IMG/VR virus record: IMGVR_UViG_3300017700_000778
Coordinates: 1 to 63,129 of that record
DNA: 63,129 bases
Origin: a virus
Lineage: Duplodnaviria; Caudoviricetes
Direction: 5' to 3' (one strand)
Below, piece after piece: positions 1 to 9,210 of this stretch; the stretch's first letter is position 1; every line of letters begins with the position of its first letter. Under the pieces are notes generated by a model. It had not been told where the DNA came from. It did not search any database and worked only from the letters and a program-made list of their open reading frames with translations. The position numbers and the translations under genes are program-made.

Positions 1-49
1 AAAAAAAAAAAAAAAAAAAAAAAATAAAACTGTGGCAAAAATACAACAC

Positions 50-78
50 TTGACATACGCCCTTATGCACTCCACATT
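50..78 (+). promoter_or_regulatory. Putative sigma70 promoter
   Basis: TTGACA (50-55), 17-nt spacer, CACATT (73-78), A-rich upstream; predicted start lies just before the tRNA-like element at 88. Confidence 0.6.
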
Positions 79-87
79 CGCCCCCAT

Positions 88-185
88 GGGACGTAGCTCA
101 AAACCCGATCAGTGGAGAGCGTGCGGCCGGGGCGAGGCCCTCGCGCCGCAAGATGCAGGACGATTTGGCTCCTGCCGTCCCCACA
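88..185 (+). ncRNA. tRNA-like element 1
   Basis: GGGACG/CGTCCC acceptor; TAGCTC...GAGCG D-arm; TGCGGC/GCCGCA anticodon stem; AGAT; GCAGGA/TCCTGC T-stem; non-canonical loops. Confidence 0.75.
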
Positions 186-193
186 CCTCGAAC

Positions 194-279
194 AGGGCAT
201 AGCTCAAAAAATCTACCAGAGCGCTGGCCCCCTTCGAACGGGGATCGCCATGAGATGCGGTTGCAGAGACCGCTGCCCT
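194..279 (+). ncRNA. tRNA-like element 2
   Basis: AGGGCA/TGCCCT acceptor; TAGCTC...GAGCG; TGGC/GCCA stem; AGAT; GCGGT/ACCGC T-stem. Confidence 0.7.
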
Positions 280-317
280 TCCTTCGACCCACCCCAAAAA
301 TCTGGAGCCCCCACCCC

Positions 318-806
318 ATGAGCGAAGTTCCAAAAAATAATTCTCCCGAAAAAATCGCGGCCCCCACAATAGGCCGGATCGTGCACATCTTCGGTGACCC
401 CGCTATATTCGGGGACAAACCGTGCGTTGGCATCGTAGCCGGGTTCTACTTCAACACGCCGGACGACCTGTTCATCAATGCGGCCGTAATGCGCTCTGAC
501 GGTTCGATGGTGGTCGGCGGTCTCCAAGGCGTGCCGCACATCAGCGTGCGCGGAGACAGCGCTGTGTGGTGGGACTGGATGCCCTACCAGAAGGGGCAAG
601 CCGCCAAGACCGCAGAGCTCGAGCGCCAGCTTCAAGAAGTGAACCCCATCGCAACGTTCGACCATGGAACCGATCCTACCCTGACAGGTATGGGCAAGCG
701 CGTCGGCGCCGCGGCGGACGCCGGCCAGAACTTGCGCGTTGCATCGTCCGATGGTTTCGGTAAGCTGCAGGCTGGAGCACCTTCGCCGGAAGACGGCAAG
801 CGCTGA
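318..806 (+). CDS. Hypothetical phage protein
   Basis: ORF 153-806; start moved to the ATG at 318 because upstream sequence is tRNA-like; PTIGRIVH...WDWMPYQKGQ pattern seen in small phage proteins. Confidence 0.75.
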   Translation: MSEVPKNNSPEKIAAPTIGRIVHIFGDPAIFGDKPCVGIVAGFYFNTPDDLFINAAVMRSDGSMVVGGLQGVPHISVRGDSAVWWDWMPYQKGQAAKTAELERQLQEVNPIATFDHGTDPTLTGMGKRVGAAADAGQNLRVASSDGFGKLQAGAPSPEDGKR

Positions 807-822
807 ACAGAGGATCACTCCT

Positions 823-1200
823 ATGGCAAATCCAACCTACACCGGTCGCAGCCACGCGATCGGGTATACCGAAGTCCAGCTGGGCTGGGTCGGCGAGCTG
901 CCCCCTGCCGAAGTGACGAAGATGACCGAGCAGCTGCGCGCCAAGACCCTCACCGAGAACCCCGGCTTCGTGCCGGCCCGGGGCCCGGGGCAGGCGGGAA
1001 GGCTCGAATATACCGTAGATGGGGCCGGAGTGATCCACTTCACGCTCTACTTGGGCTTCGAGCCACGCGAGATCGTCGCGGAGCCGCTGGACACCCGTAA
1101 CCTCAATGCGGCGCCTGTCGCGGAGCCCGGCTGGCCGGCGCCGGAGGACGGGATCACGCCGCTGGGGTACAAGGAAACGCAATTCAACCGGGGCACGTGA
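823..1200 (+). CDS. Hypothetical protein
   Basis: GAGG RBS, ATG at 823, operon packing. Confidence 0.7.
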   Translation: MANPTYTGRSHAIGYTEVQLGWVGELPPAEVTKMTEQLRAKTLTENPGFVPARGPGQAGRLEYTVDGAGVIHFTLYLGFEPREIVAEPLDTRNLNAAPVAEPGWPAPEDGITPLGYKETQFNRGT

Positions 1201-1484
1201 TGGAGATCGCAGGAGTGAACGCCGAGGCGACGCAGCCGCTGGTCGGCGAGACCAAGACGGTTTTCAGCTACGGCAAGCCGGAAGACTTCGGCGCCAGTGT
1301 CGAGCAGGCGCGCGCTGATCAGGAGGAGTTGGTCGGCGTGCCGATGCAGCTCAAGGTCGGCAGCATGCGGCAGACGCACATGATCGACGCGCAGGGGCGC
1401 GACGTCTATGAGGTGTTCGCCACGTTCGAGCCGGTCCCGCAGCCCGCACCGCCCCCGGAAGAACTGCACCATGAAACCGTTTAG
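1197..1484 (+). CDS. Hypothetical protein
   Basis: Start overlaps the previous stop codon. Confidence 0.7.
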   Translation: MMEIAGVNAEATQPLVGETKTVFSYGKPEDFGASVEQARADQEELVGVPMQLKVGSMRQTHMIDAQGRDVYEVFATFEPVPQPAPPPEELHHETV

Positions 1485-1857
1485 CCTTCCACAACCTGTC
1501 CAGCCGGTGCCCGAACAAAAGGCGGTGCTGGACGTTGTGGCTGTGCTAAAGGACCACGTCGCGTACACCGCGGCCGCGCGCGCCGATACCCGGCTCGCTC
1601 GCCTCGAGATCAAGGAGCTGACCGTGAAAATTTCCGAACTGTCCGACAAGGTCACTGCGCTCATCGGCGTGGCGACCACCCTCAAGACCACCGCCGACAG
1701 CGCCGCAAACCACGCCGCCGATATCCCGGAAGACGATCCGGAGATCGAAGCGCTGGGCCGGCGCATCGATGACGCCATCGCCGTGCTGCAGGGCGTGCCG
1801 CGCAACACCGGGCAGGGGTTCACCCCGGCGCCGTTCGACCCCAACGCGCCCGTCTGA
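1471..1857 (+). CDS. Hypothetical coiled-coil protein
   Basis: ATG at 1471, heptad-like middle region. Confidence 0.7.
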   Translation: MKPFSLPQPVQPVPEQKAVLDVVAVLKDHVAYTAAARADTRLARLEIKELTVKISELSDKVTALIGVATTLKTTADSAANHAADIPEDDPEIEALGRRIDDAIAVLQGVPRNTGQGFTPAPFDPNAPV

Positions 1858-1881
1858 GCTGATCACATTATCGTTACTACT

Positions 1882-1920
1882 TCCGCCCTTCTTGACAATC
1901 AGGAAGGGCGGACCTATGTG
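1882..1920 (+). promoter_or_regulatory. Inverted repeat overlapping a putative promoter
   Basis: TCCGCCCTTCTTGA-CAA-TCAGGAAGGGCGGA hairpin containing TTGACA (1892); TATGTG 17 nt later. Confidence 0.45.
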
Positions 1921-1947
1921 TGGTGGACCCAACCACTGGAGCACCGC

Positions 1948-2226
1948 ATGGCAAACACCCACACCTCCGAAGAACCCCGCGAGCACCCCGCGGCGCGCGC
2001 CGCCCGCATGGTGAAGGAATATCACCAAGAGACGCTCGAGAAGATCGCCGGCGGGTTTGTGTTCAGGCGGGAAGGCGCCGATGTCAACGCGCAGCTGCGC
2101 GAGTTCTGTGAGCTCAACATTGCCGAGTGCGACGCCATCATCGAGCGAGCGAGCCGGATGGACCCTTCGATGATCGAGCCCTCGATGGCAATTCTCGCCG
2201 AGGCAATGGCGCCCGCCGATGTGTGA
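1948..2226 (+). CDS. Hypothetical protein
   Basis: GGAG RBS before ATG at 1948. Confidence 0.65.
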   Translation: MANTHTSEEPREHPAARAARMVKEYHQETLEKIAGGFVFRREGADVNAQLREFCELNIAECDAIIERASRMDPSMIEPSMAILAEAMAPADV

Positions 2227-2539
2227 GCCGATCGTCGAGCGATGCACGACGTGCTTCGGCGCCATGCCGTGCGAAGTACATGCGAACGTCGAACAGCTCA
2301 ATGTCGTCACCAGCCTCGATATCAGCCCCACGTCCATGCTGGCCAAGGCGCACAACGCCGGCCTGAAGGAAGTTGTGATCGTCGGCATGAAGGAAGATGG
2401 CACTGAGTTTTTTGCAGCCAGCGTTTCCGACGCAGCCGACAGCATGTATCATTTGCAGCGTGGCATCTATAAACTCAACAAGATCGTGGAGGGCGAATAT
2501 GAAGACGAGGACGCCGGGCCCGGACGCCCCGCCGCATAA
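2219..2539 (+). CDS. Hypothetical phage protein
   Basis: Overlapping start; EVVIVGMKEDGTEFFAAS core. Confidence 0.7.
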   Translation: MCEPIVERCTTCFGAMPCEVHANVEQLNVVTSLDISPTSMLAKAHNAGLKEVVIVGMKEDGTEFFAASVSDAADSMYHLQRGIYKLNKIVEGEYEDEDAGPGRPAA

Positions 2540-2738
2540 GTTCGAGCGCGAGCAGCGTGTTCAGTATGAAGGCCCCGAAGAGTTTCCCCCGGTGATGGAG
2601 GTGGCCGCGCTGCTACCGGGTTACTGCACTACACACGACGCCCCGTACTATGGCTGCGTGCACGGTGGCGACCACTTCACCGTATGCGAAGTACACCTCA
2701 AGCCGCTATCTGACGCCCACAAGAGGAGAATGAATTGA
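2499..2738 (+). CDS. Hypothetical Cys/His-containing protein
   Basis: Fills the gap in the operon; start uncertain. Confidence 0.5.
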   Translation: MKTRTPGPDAPPHKFEREQRVQYEGPEEFPPVMEVAALLPGYCTTHDAPYYGCVHGGDHFTVCEVHLKPLSDAHKRRMN

Positions 2739-3046
2739 ACAACCCCAAGCAAGAGCTCGACAACATCGCACGTCTTCAGCAGATGAAGATCAACACGCGG
2801 CTGGTGTCGCTAGAAACAGCGCAGAAGCTGATGGCGACTATGGGCTATCTCGGTGTAGCCGGCCAGAAAGCTGATACGGGAAATGCCTGCTGGGTCAAAG
2901 AGCCCGGCGCCGTGGACCATATCACCTTGCTCGCGATCGCCACCGATATCGAGAACTACATTCTCGGAAATCTGGAGCAAGAGACCAAGGACGCGCTCGA
3001 GGCTGCTGCACAGAGAGCCAACGCTCCACGCATCGTGCGGCCGTAA
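2735..3046 (+). CDS. Hypothetical protein
   Basis: GAGGAG RBS, TTG start. Confidence 0.65.
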   Translation: MNNPKQELDNIARLQQMKINTRLVSLETAQKLMATMGYLGVAGQKADTGNACWVKEPGAVDHITLLAIATDIENYILGNLEQETKDALEAAAQRANAPRIVRP

Positions 3047-3047
3047 C

Positions 3048-3422
3048 ATGCAGGGCAAGCGGACCCTCGTCGGTGAAGAGCTGCGCGAAGTGCTCGATCT
3101 TTATCGATGGGGGGCCCGCGTGTCCGACATCTGTGCGATCTACAACACGAACAGAAGCACGCTCAAGATAGTTGTCGGCCTGCACGGCGTACCGAAGCGC
3201 TTACCGCACCGCGCACCTCTTGTGGCGGTGAAGCTGTTTCAATCCAGAAAAGCAAACATCAAGTCCAGCCGGCCGACGATACCCGAGGGCGTTCGGTTCT
3301 GGCCCGATGGCCAAGAACCCGACCAATTGCTACGTTCATTTGGCCGTGAGCAACAAGACAAGCGTACTGCAGCGCGTCGAGCGGGTGCGAGTACTCGTTC
3401 TTGTCGGGGAGCGGCTTCCTAG
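3048..3422 (+). CDS. Possible HTH DNA-binding protein
   Basis: LDLYRWGARVSDICAIYNTNRSTLKIVV resembles a helix-turn-helix; 3' end overlaps the terminase gene antisense. Confidence 0.4.
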   Translation: MQGKRTLVGEELREVLDLYRWGARVSDICAIYNTNRSTLKIVVGLHGVPKRLPHRAPLVAVKLFQSRKANIKSSRPTIPEGVRFWPDGQEPDQLLRSFGREQQDKRTAARRAGASTRSCRGAAS

Positions 3423-4707
3423 TCCCGTTGCGGGTTTTGGCGTAGCGGTATCCGCCGGCGAGACCGCGGATTGTAGTTGGACACATCAGCCTGTCGAGAA
3501 GTATAGCTCCCTTGCCGTCGTGCTGTTTGAGTAGCCACGCTTCGACAGCACGCAGCCGCGGCTGCAGGTCGTTGGTCGGTGCCGGCATAGCCTTGAAGCC
3601 CATGCGCCGCAGCAGATCGAATTCGCTCTCCTCGTAGAGCGTACTCTTGTGCGTGCCCGACGGATCACCGACGATCAGGATCGGCAAGCCCATGTACTGG
3701 GGCTTCATCAGCACCGGACGCAAATTCTGATTGAGGTGCCCCTCGAGCCCGATATCGGTGGCGATGACTTCTTCGAGCACGAGCAGCCGGCCGCGGGCAT
3801 CCATCTGTGTGAGCACGCTGCACGGGTCGCGCCCGAAGTCCTGCCCGATGATGATGGGTGCAAAGCGGTTGGGGATCAGACCATCGGCGGCATGGAAGTT
3901 CGAGCGGAAGCTTTCACGGAAAACGGCGGTGCCGGATGGATCGTTTCCGAACTGCGCGTGCACATAGCGCTTCACCCAGTCGGGGTTTTTGTTGCGGGCG
4001 AGGCGCTCGTAGTAGAGCCGCCCCTGAGCAAGACGGACTGGATCGTCCACCTCGAGCCTCATAGTATCTTCGGTCTGCGTGAGATGCGCGAGATTTTCTG
4101 CGTACTCTTCGAGGCCGCCCGGCTGGATGTAAATCTCCCAGTCCGGCGGCTGGTCGATGTCCATGAACTTGTGCCAGTCACTGCCCTCGCTGGGCATGTT
4201 GGTGTCGGCGATGACGCCGAACCACGACGGGGCGCCGAGGTTACCTGACGGGTAACGTCCGCAGCGGCCGGCGATGCCGGCGATCAGGTTGACGTCCATC
4301 TCGATGCACTCGGACATCCACGCGCCGGTGAGCTGCATCGACAGGAGGCGGCGCTGATCTTCAGCATCTTCCAGCGGCAAGAGCAGCCATTCGGAGCGCA
4401 CATCGGCGAACTCGATGATGACCACCTTGTCCTGCACTTTGAAACGCGCGACGGAGTGTAGTTCCTTCATGATGTCTTTGAGCACCGTATCGATCAGCTG
4501 TCGCAACGTCTGTCGTACAATGGCGAAGCGGGTGTAGCGATAGCCATCGGGCGCCCGCGCCTGCTCAAGGCACTTGCGGAAAAGCTCGTAGATGCAGCCG
4601 GTGGTCTTTCCGGAGCCGACAGGGCCGGCGATAAGCCTCCCGAACGACGCGGACTTCATGAAGGCCGCGACGGTGGGCGACGCCGCGAACTTAATAACTG
4701 TCTGCAT
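3259..4707 (-). CDS. terL: Terminase large subunit
   Basis: Walker A GPVGSGKT, Walker B-like AWMSE, RuvC-like IGQDFG and HPLDALQY. Confidence 0.92.
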   Translation of the reverse strand: MQTVIKFAASPTVAAFMKSASFGRLIAGPVGSGKTTGCIYELFRKCLEQARAPDGYRYTRFAIVRQTLRQLIDTVLKDIMKELHSVARFKVQDKVVIIEFADVRSEWLLLPLEDAEDQRRLLSMQLTGAWMSECIEMDVNLIAGIAGRCGRYPSGNLGAPSWFGVIADTNMPSEGSDWHKFMDIDQPPDWEIYIQPGGLEEYAENLAHLTQTEDTMRLEVDDPVRLAQGRLYYERLARNKNPDWVKRYVHAQFGNDPSGTAVFRESFRSNFHAADGLIPNRFAPIIIGQDFGRDPCSVLTQMDARGRLLVLEEVIATDIGLEGHLNQNLRPVLMKPQYMGLPILIVGDPSGTHKSTLYEESEFDLLRRMGFKAMPAPTNDLQPRLRAVEAWLLKQHDGKGAILLDRLMCPTTIRGLAGGYRYAKTRNGTRKPLPDKNEYSHPLDALQYACLVAHGQMNVAIGRVLGHRARTERPRVSSAGWT

Positions 4708-5245
4708 TTAAACTCTCTTCGAACTGCTGTTCGATTGGTACCTGCGGGACGGGTGGTTGGTCGATTACCTTGTGGGGTAACACCTTCATATATTCGGAAG
4801 TGGTATCAGCGCCAAGCTGGATTATGACCTGAACCCGATCTCCCGGGGATACCACGCCGCCAGCTTCGCGCTCGGTATATCCGGCGAGTTTTGCCGCCAG
4901 CTCCAGCGCTTTAATTTTGGCCATCAGCGGCTCGGTGCGGTCGTTGAGGCGGGCGTAAAGTTCGGGGAGATACTCCTCGATCATCGCCGCGCTCTTGATC
5001 TTGACGCGCCCGTGCGTGTTGGCCGCGCCATCGAACGCCTTGATCTCGCCCTCGAGGATGCGCCCGAACGCCGGTAGCACCTTGATCTCGTCGAACTCCC
5101 GCAGGGTCAACCCGTTGTCGAACAGAATGTCCGGGACATCCCTGATGCCCATTGCAATCTGCCGGGCAAGCTTTACAAGCTTAGCCTCGTCGTACACCCC
5201 CTGTGGGATGGTAGGGTAGTCCGCCGGAAGAGAGAAATCGCCCAT
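4691..5245 (-). CDS. Probable terminase small subunit
   Basis: 184 aa, helical, directly upstream of and overlapping terL. Confidence 0.65.
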   Translation of the reverse strand: MGDFSLPADYPTIPQGVYDEAKLVKLARQIAMGIRDVPDILFDNGLTLREFDEIKVLPAFGRILEGEIKAFDGAANTHGRVKIKSAAMIEEYLPELYARLNDRTEPLMAKIKALELAAKLAGYTEREAGGVVSPGDRVQVIIQLGADTTSEYMKVLPHKVIDQPPVPQVPIEQQFEESLNADSY

Positions 5246-5299
5246 AGGGTGGGTGGCCTTTCAGTTGAAATCCAGTTCCACATAGCATATAGGCAAGGA

Positions 5300-7372
5300 A
5301 TGGTCGACACCCTACCCCAGCAAGGCGTGCTTCGCGTGATCCCCCCGGGGGCACTCGACCGCATGGAAGCGAACAAAGCCAAGGAGGCCGCCGCCGCGCA
5401 AGACGCCGCGCAGCTTTCCGACGTCACCATGACCAATCTCGCCGGGTACATCCGCACCCAGTTCGAGATGATGCGCAACCATCGCAACTCCACATCGGGC
5501 TGGACTGAGCGGCTTATCGAAGCGCTGCGCACCTTCAACGGAACTTATTCGGCGGACAAGCTGAACGAGATCAGGAAGTTTGGCGGCTCGGAAGCATACG
5601 CGCGCATCACCGCCGCCAAATGCCGCGGCGCCAGCAGCCTTCTTCGGGACGTCTACCTACAGGCCGATCGGCCGTGGGGTCTTGATCCGAACCCGGACCC
5701 GCCGATCCCTGAAAACATCATGGCGTCCATCGAGCAGCTGATCCGCACGGAGGCCGCCACGGTGCAGGCCGCCGGCCAGCCGGTTGATCCCGCGGCGCTG
5801 CGCGATCGCCTGAACACCCTGCTTACGGCCGCGCGGCAGGCCGCCAAAAAGAAAGCTGCGGCACAGGCGAAGATCGCGGAGGACAAGATCGATGAGTATC
5901 TGGTCGAGGGTGGATTTTACAAAGCACTGGCTGAGTTCATTGCCGACCTTCCCATTTTCCCATTCGCTTGCCTCAAGGGTCCAGTCGTCCGAATTGTTCC
6001 TTCTCTTAGCTGGGAGAATGGAACTGCGGTCAGTACGCCCAAGCCCCGGCTCTTTTGGGAGCGTGTCTCCCCCTTTGACGTCTGGTGGACGCCGGGCGCA
6101 AGCGATATCGAGAATGCCTCGATCATCGAAAAGTCGCGCCTTTCACGTGCCGACCTGAACGATCTTCTGGATATCCCCGGCTACAACGTCGAGGAAATCC
6201 GGGCGGTGCTGGACGAGTACGGCCGCGGTGGGCTGAACGACAACTGGGACAGTGCTGACAGCGAGCGCGCCGTGCAGGAGAGCCGCGAGAACCCGGTACT
6301 CAACAACAGCGGGTTCATATCGTGCCTCGAGTTCAACGGCAATGTGCAGGGGCGGTTACTGCTCGAGCAGGGCGTCAGCGCCAAGCTGATCCCCGATGGA
6401 TTGCGGGACTACATGGTGCAGGCGTGGCTGATCGGCACGCACGTCATCAAGGTGCAGTTGTCGCCGAGCCCTCGCAAGCGGCACAACTACTTCATCACCA
6501 GCTTCGAGAAGATGCCCGGCACGCCAGTGGGCAACGGGCTCACCGATATCATTGCCGACCTTCAGGAAGCGGGCAACAGCACGTTGCGCTCGCTCTTGAA
6601 CAACATGGCGATGTCGTCGGGCCCGCAGGTGGTGGTCAACGACACCAAGCTTTCGTCCGGCGAAGATGGCGACCAGATGTATCCGTGGAAGCGCTGGCAC
6701 ATCGAGGACGATCCGATCAACGGCGGCTCCTCGCAGGTGCCGATCAGCTTTTTCCAGCCGGTATCTAACGCCCAAGAATTGCTGATGGTCTACGACAAGA
6801 TCAACGGCATGGCAGACGACATGTCCGCGATCCCGCGTTACCTCCAAGGTAACTCCGCGGGCGGCGCCGGACGTACATCGTCGGGCCTCGCGATGCTGAT
6901 GGCGAACGCGTCCAAGATTTTGCAAACGGTCGCTGCCAACATGGATCGCGACGTGTTTGATCCGCTGCTGACCGGGCTCTACGACATCATCATGATGACG
7001 GACACGTCGGGGCTCCTTACTGGCGAAGAAACCGTTCGCGTGATGGGCGTGACAGTTGCGATCCAGCGTGAGACCCAGCGCAGCCGTCAGCTCGAATTCT
7101 TGCAGATCACCGCCAACCCGATCGACGTAGCGATCATGGGGCCCGAAGGCCGCGCGCAGGTGCTGCGCACAGTCTCGGAAGGCATCGGCATGCCCGGCGC
7201 CGATATCGTTCCGTCCGACGACGTGCTCAAAGAACGCCAGCGTGCGCAGCAGATGCAGCCGCCCCAGCCGGGGCAGCAGCCAGAAGACCCCCGAGGCAAC
7301 CAAGCGCCGAAGGGTGGGAATGTAACAGGTGACGTTGGTCCCCGGGTGAATATCACCGGCGGGCCGCAATAG
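5300..7372 (+). CDS. Portal protein
   Basis: ~690 aa, first gene of head module; RVSPFD, GRTSSGLAMLM, Q-rich tail typical of podovirus portals. Confidence 0.88.
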   Translation: MVDTLPQQGVLRVIPPGALDRMEANKAKEAAAAQDAAQLSDVTMTNLAGYIRTQFEMMRNHRNSTSGWTERLIEALRTFNGTYSADKLNEIRKFGGSEAYARITAAKCRGASSLLRDVYLQADRPWGLDPNPDPPIPENIMASIEQLIRTEAATVQAAGQPVDPAALRDRLNTLLTAARQAAKKKAAAQAKIAEDKIDEYLVEGGFYKALAEFIADLPIFPFACLKGPVVRIVPSLSWENGTAVSTPKPRLFWERVSPFDVWWTPGASDIENASIIEKSRLSRADLNDLLDIPGYNVEEIRAVLDEYGRGGLNDNWDSADSERAVQESRENPVLNNSGFISCLEFNGNVQGRLLLEQGVSAKLIPDGLRDYMVQAWLIGTHVIKVQLSPSPRKRHNYFITSFEKMPGTPVGNGLTDIIADLQEAGNSTLRSLLNNMAMSSGPQVVVNDTKLSSGEDGDQMYPWKRWHIEDDPINGGSSQVPISFFQPVSNAQELLMVYDKINGMADDMSAIPRYLQGNSAGGAGRTSSGLAMLMANASKILQTVAANMDRDVFDPLLTGLYDIIMMTDTSGLLTGEETVRVMGVTVAIQRETQRSRQLEFLQITANPIDVAIMGPEGRAQVLRTVSEGIGMPGADIVPSDDVLKERQRAQQMQPPQPGQQPEDPRGNQAPKGGNVTGDVGPRVNITGGPQ

Positions 7373-7381
7373 GAGCAAGCG

Positions 7382-7660
7382 ATGCCGAGCACAGTGAACA
7401 GGCACTTGAACGGGTACAGCGACATGGTGGCGGCCGTCCGTGCGCTACAGGCGTATCTTGGTCGCCCGGTGAGCAGCGACATCGTCCGTGCCGATATGCC
7501 GCTGGAGCTCATCAAGCTGCAGACCTATCTGAGCACACAGGTCGCCGCCGGCCAGCCGTCGGGGTTCAAATGGGACCCCGCGAATATCCGGAAGGCGATC
7601 GTCGATCACAGCATCCCCGGGACAATTATTGCCTTGCAGAAGGCAGCCGATCTCACGTAG
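7382..7660 (+). CDS. Hypothetical protein
   Basis: AGGAG RBS. Confidence 0.7.
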   Translation: MPSTVNRHLNGYSDMVAAVRALQAYLGRPVSSDIVRADMPLELIKLQTYLSTQVAAGQPSGFKWDPANIRKAIVDHSIPGTIIALQKAADLT

Positions 7661-7699
7661 TGAGCAGTAGGGCCGCGGCCCGCAACAGGAGAGAGCGAT

Positions 7700-7936
7700 A
7701 TGGCAGGTGGTGGAAAAGGTTCGTCCAAGGTCATCAGCAAGGGCAGTATCCCGGGCGGTGGCGGCAAGGGCGGCTCCGGAAAAATGTTCGGCAGGCAGAC
7801 GGTGGGCACGAAGACGCCCGGCGTGACCGGCAAGGCTGACAGCGGCGGTGGCGGCAAGTTCGCCAAGGGCGGCTCCGGGAAAATGTTCGGCAAGCAGCAT
7901 GCATCGGCGCGCAAGCCCGGGATCACGGGTAAGTGA
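7700..7936 (+). CDS. Small Gly/Lys-rich basic protein
   Basis: AGGAGAG RBS; duplicated KGGSGKMFG. Confidence 0.7.
   Translation: MAGGGKGSSKVISKGSIPGGGGKGGSGKMFGRQTVGTKTPGVTGKADSGGGGKFAKGGSGKMFGKQHASARKPGITGK
7765..7897 (+). repeat. ~34-bp imperfect direct repeat (7765-7798, 7864-7897)
   Basis: CAAGGGCGGCTCCGG(A/G)AAAATGTTCGGCA(G/A)GCAG twice. Confidence 0.85.
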
Positions 7937-8064
7937 TGGCGAAATCACCCCCGAAGTTCGTCAAGGGCAAGGACACCAAGAAATTTCCGGCCAAGAAGCC
8001 GGGCGTTTCGGGCGATAGCCCGAAGGATCGGAAGGCACTCGCTCCTCCGAAAAAGAAGAAATAG
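7936..8064 (+). CDS. Small Lys-rich protein (42 aa)
   Basis: TGATG coupling; MAKSPPKFVKGKDTKK...PPKKKK; below the ORF-track cut-off. Confidence 0.6.
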   Translation: MAKSPPKFVKGKDTKKFPAKKPGVSGDSPKDRKALAPPKKKK

Positions 8065-8065
8065 C

Positions 8066-8263
8066 ATGGCCAAGACATCGAAGCCGAAGCTCCTGACGAA
8101 CAAAGGCAAGTCGCCGCTGATGAAGGCTGGCGTTTCGGCTTCGATGAAGAGCAAGTCGCCCCTGATGCCGGGGCAAAAGAAGGACTACTCCAAGAACAAA
8201 TTGCCGGAGCAGGCGTTTGCAATCCCGGGGTTCGGCGATACGGGGCTCACCGGTGAAAGCTAA
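8066..8263 (+). CDS. Small Lys-rich protein
   Basis: Operon packing, basic composition. Confidence 0.65.
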   Translation: MAKTSKPKLLTNKGKSPLMKAGVSASMKSKSPLMPGQKKDYSKNKLPEQAFAIPGFGDTGLTGES

Positions 8264-8420
8264 AATCATTCAGAATGCGGGCAAGGGCTCGCGCCAAATT
8301 CTGCCGAGTAAGAGCGCGGTGAGTAAGATTGTTCGCGGCCGCTCCTCGGTGAACTACTATGCAAAGGCTGGTCCGAATGTCGTGCAGAACGGCCCAAGCA
8401 TAACGGGGAAGAAGCCGTGA
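8253..8420 (+). CDS. Small basic protein
   Basis: GTG start overlapping the previous gene. Confidence 0.55.
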   Translation: MKAKIIQNAGKGSRQILPSKSAVSKIVRGRSSVNYYAKAGPNVVQNGPSITGKKP

Positions 8421-8650
8421 GCATCACGCCTCCTAAACCGAAGGACAACCTTGCGCTCGCCGCCGCCCGCTTGTCGAAGGCCGCGCCGAATACGTGGGGA
8501 GAATTTACGGAAGCACTCGTAGCCTTCGCACGCGAGCGTTCCGACGCCTGTGTACTTGCGCAGGCAGATAAGGTACTACTCGCGCAGGGGATGGCTCGCC
8601 AGTGCAATGAGCTGCTCGCCCTGTTCACTGACGCAGCAAAACTCAAATAG
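8417..8650 (+). CDS. Hypothetical head-module protein
   Basis: Coupled start; AQGMARQCNELL helix. Confidence 0.7.
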   Translation: MSITPPKPKDNLALAAARLSKAAPNTWGEFTEALVAFARERSDACVLAQADKVLLAQGMARQCNELLALFTDAAKLK

Positions 8651-8660
8651 GAGCCAGACC

Positions 8661-9110
8661 ATGGGTACCAACAGCCCGTACTTCCCGGACAATGTCCGGT
8701 GTGACGAAGAAGCCATCCAGTACCTCGGTATGATGGTCTCAGCAATGAAGTCCCAGACCTACGTTACCAAATCCGGCGCCGGCCCGTTCACCTTGACGGG
8801 TGCGGAAATGGTCGGCACGGTCGTGCAGTTCTCGGGCAGCACCACCGCCGTTGTTCTGAACACCGCCACCGCGGCGCAGATCGTGGCGCAGATGCAGGCG
8901 CTGGACGCCAATGCCGGTATCGGCTCGACGGCAATCTTTGCTGTGATCAACGACAACACCTCCTCGGGTGCCATCACGGTGACCCCCGGCACTGGCGTCA
9001 CCGTCGTCGGCGGCGGCACTCCGGCCGTGGTAGCGATCGCCACCAGCCGTCGCTACCAGATTAAAATCCTCACGCTGACCACCGTGTCGCTGACCGTCAT
9101 CGGCGCGTAA
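8661..9110 (+). CDS. Putative virion (decoration-like) protein
   Basis: AGGAG RBS; Thr/Val/Gly beta-rich. Confidence 0.65.
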   Translation: MGTNSPYFPDNVRCDEEAIQYLGMMVSAMKSQTYVTKSGAGPFTLTGAEMVGTVVQFSGSTTAVVLNTATAAQIVAQMQALDANAGIGSTAIFAVINDNTSSGAITVTPGTGVTVVGGGTPAVVAIATSRRYQIKILTLTTVSLTVIGA

Positions 9111-9129
9111 CTCGTTCCTCCCAGACTAT

Positions 9130-9157
9130 CCCCGGGCTACGGCCCGGGGCCCTTTAT
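9130..9157 (+). terminator. Putative intrinsic terminator
   Basis: CCCCGGGC-TACG-GCCCGGGG hairpin followed by CCCTTT. Confidence 0.5.
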
Positions 9158-9210
9158 AACCGGCGGCCTAACACCCGCCCGTACCGTCCGCACCCGAAAC
9201 GCGTGCCGAC

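Noticed and set aside
153-317. N-terminal extension of the first ORF
   Set aside because: Overlaps tRNA-like elements 1-2; better RBS and start at 318
4240-4256. GTTAC/GTAAC sites at 4240 and 37987
   Set aside because: Spacer is 7 nt rather than 8; not counted among palindrome copies
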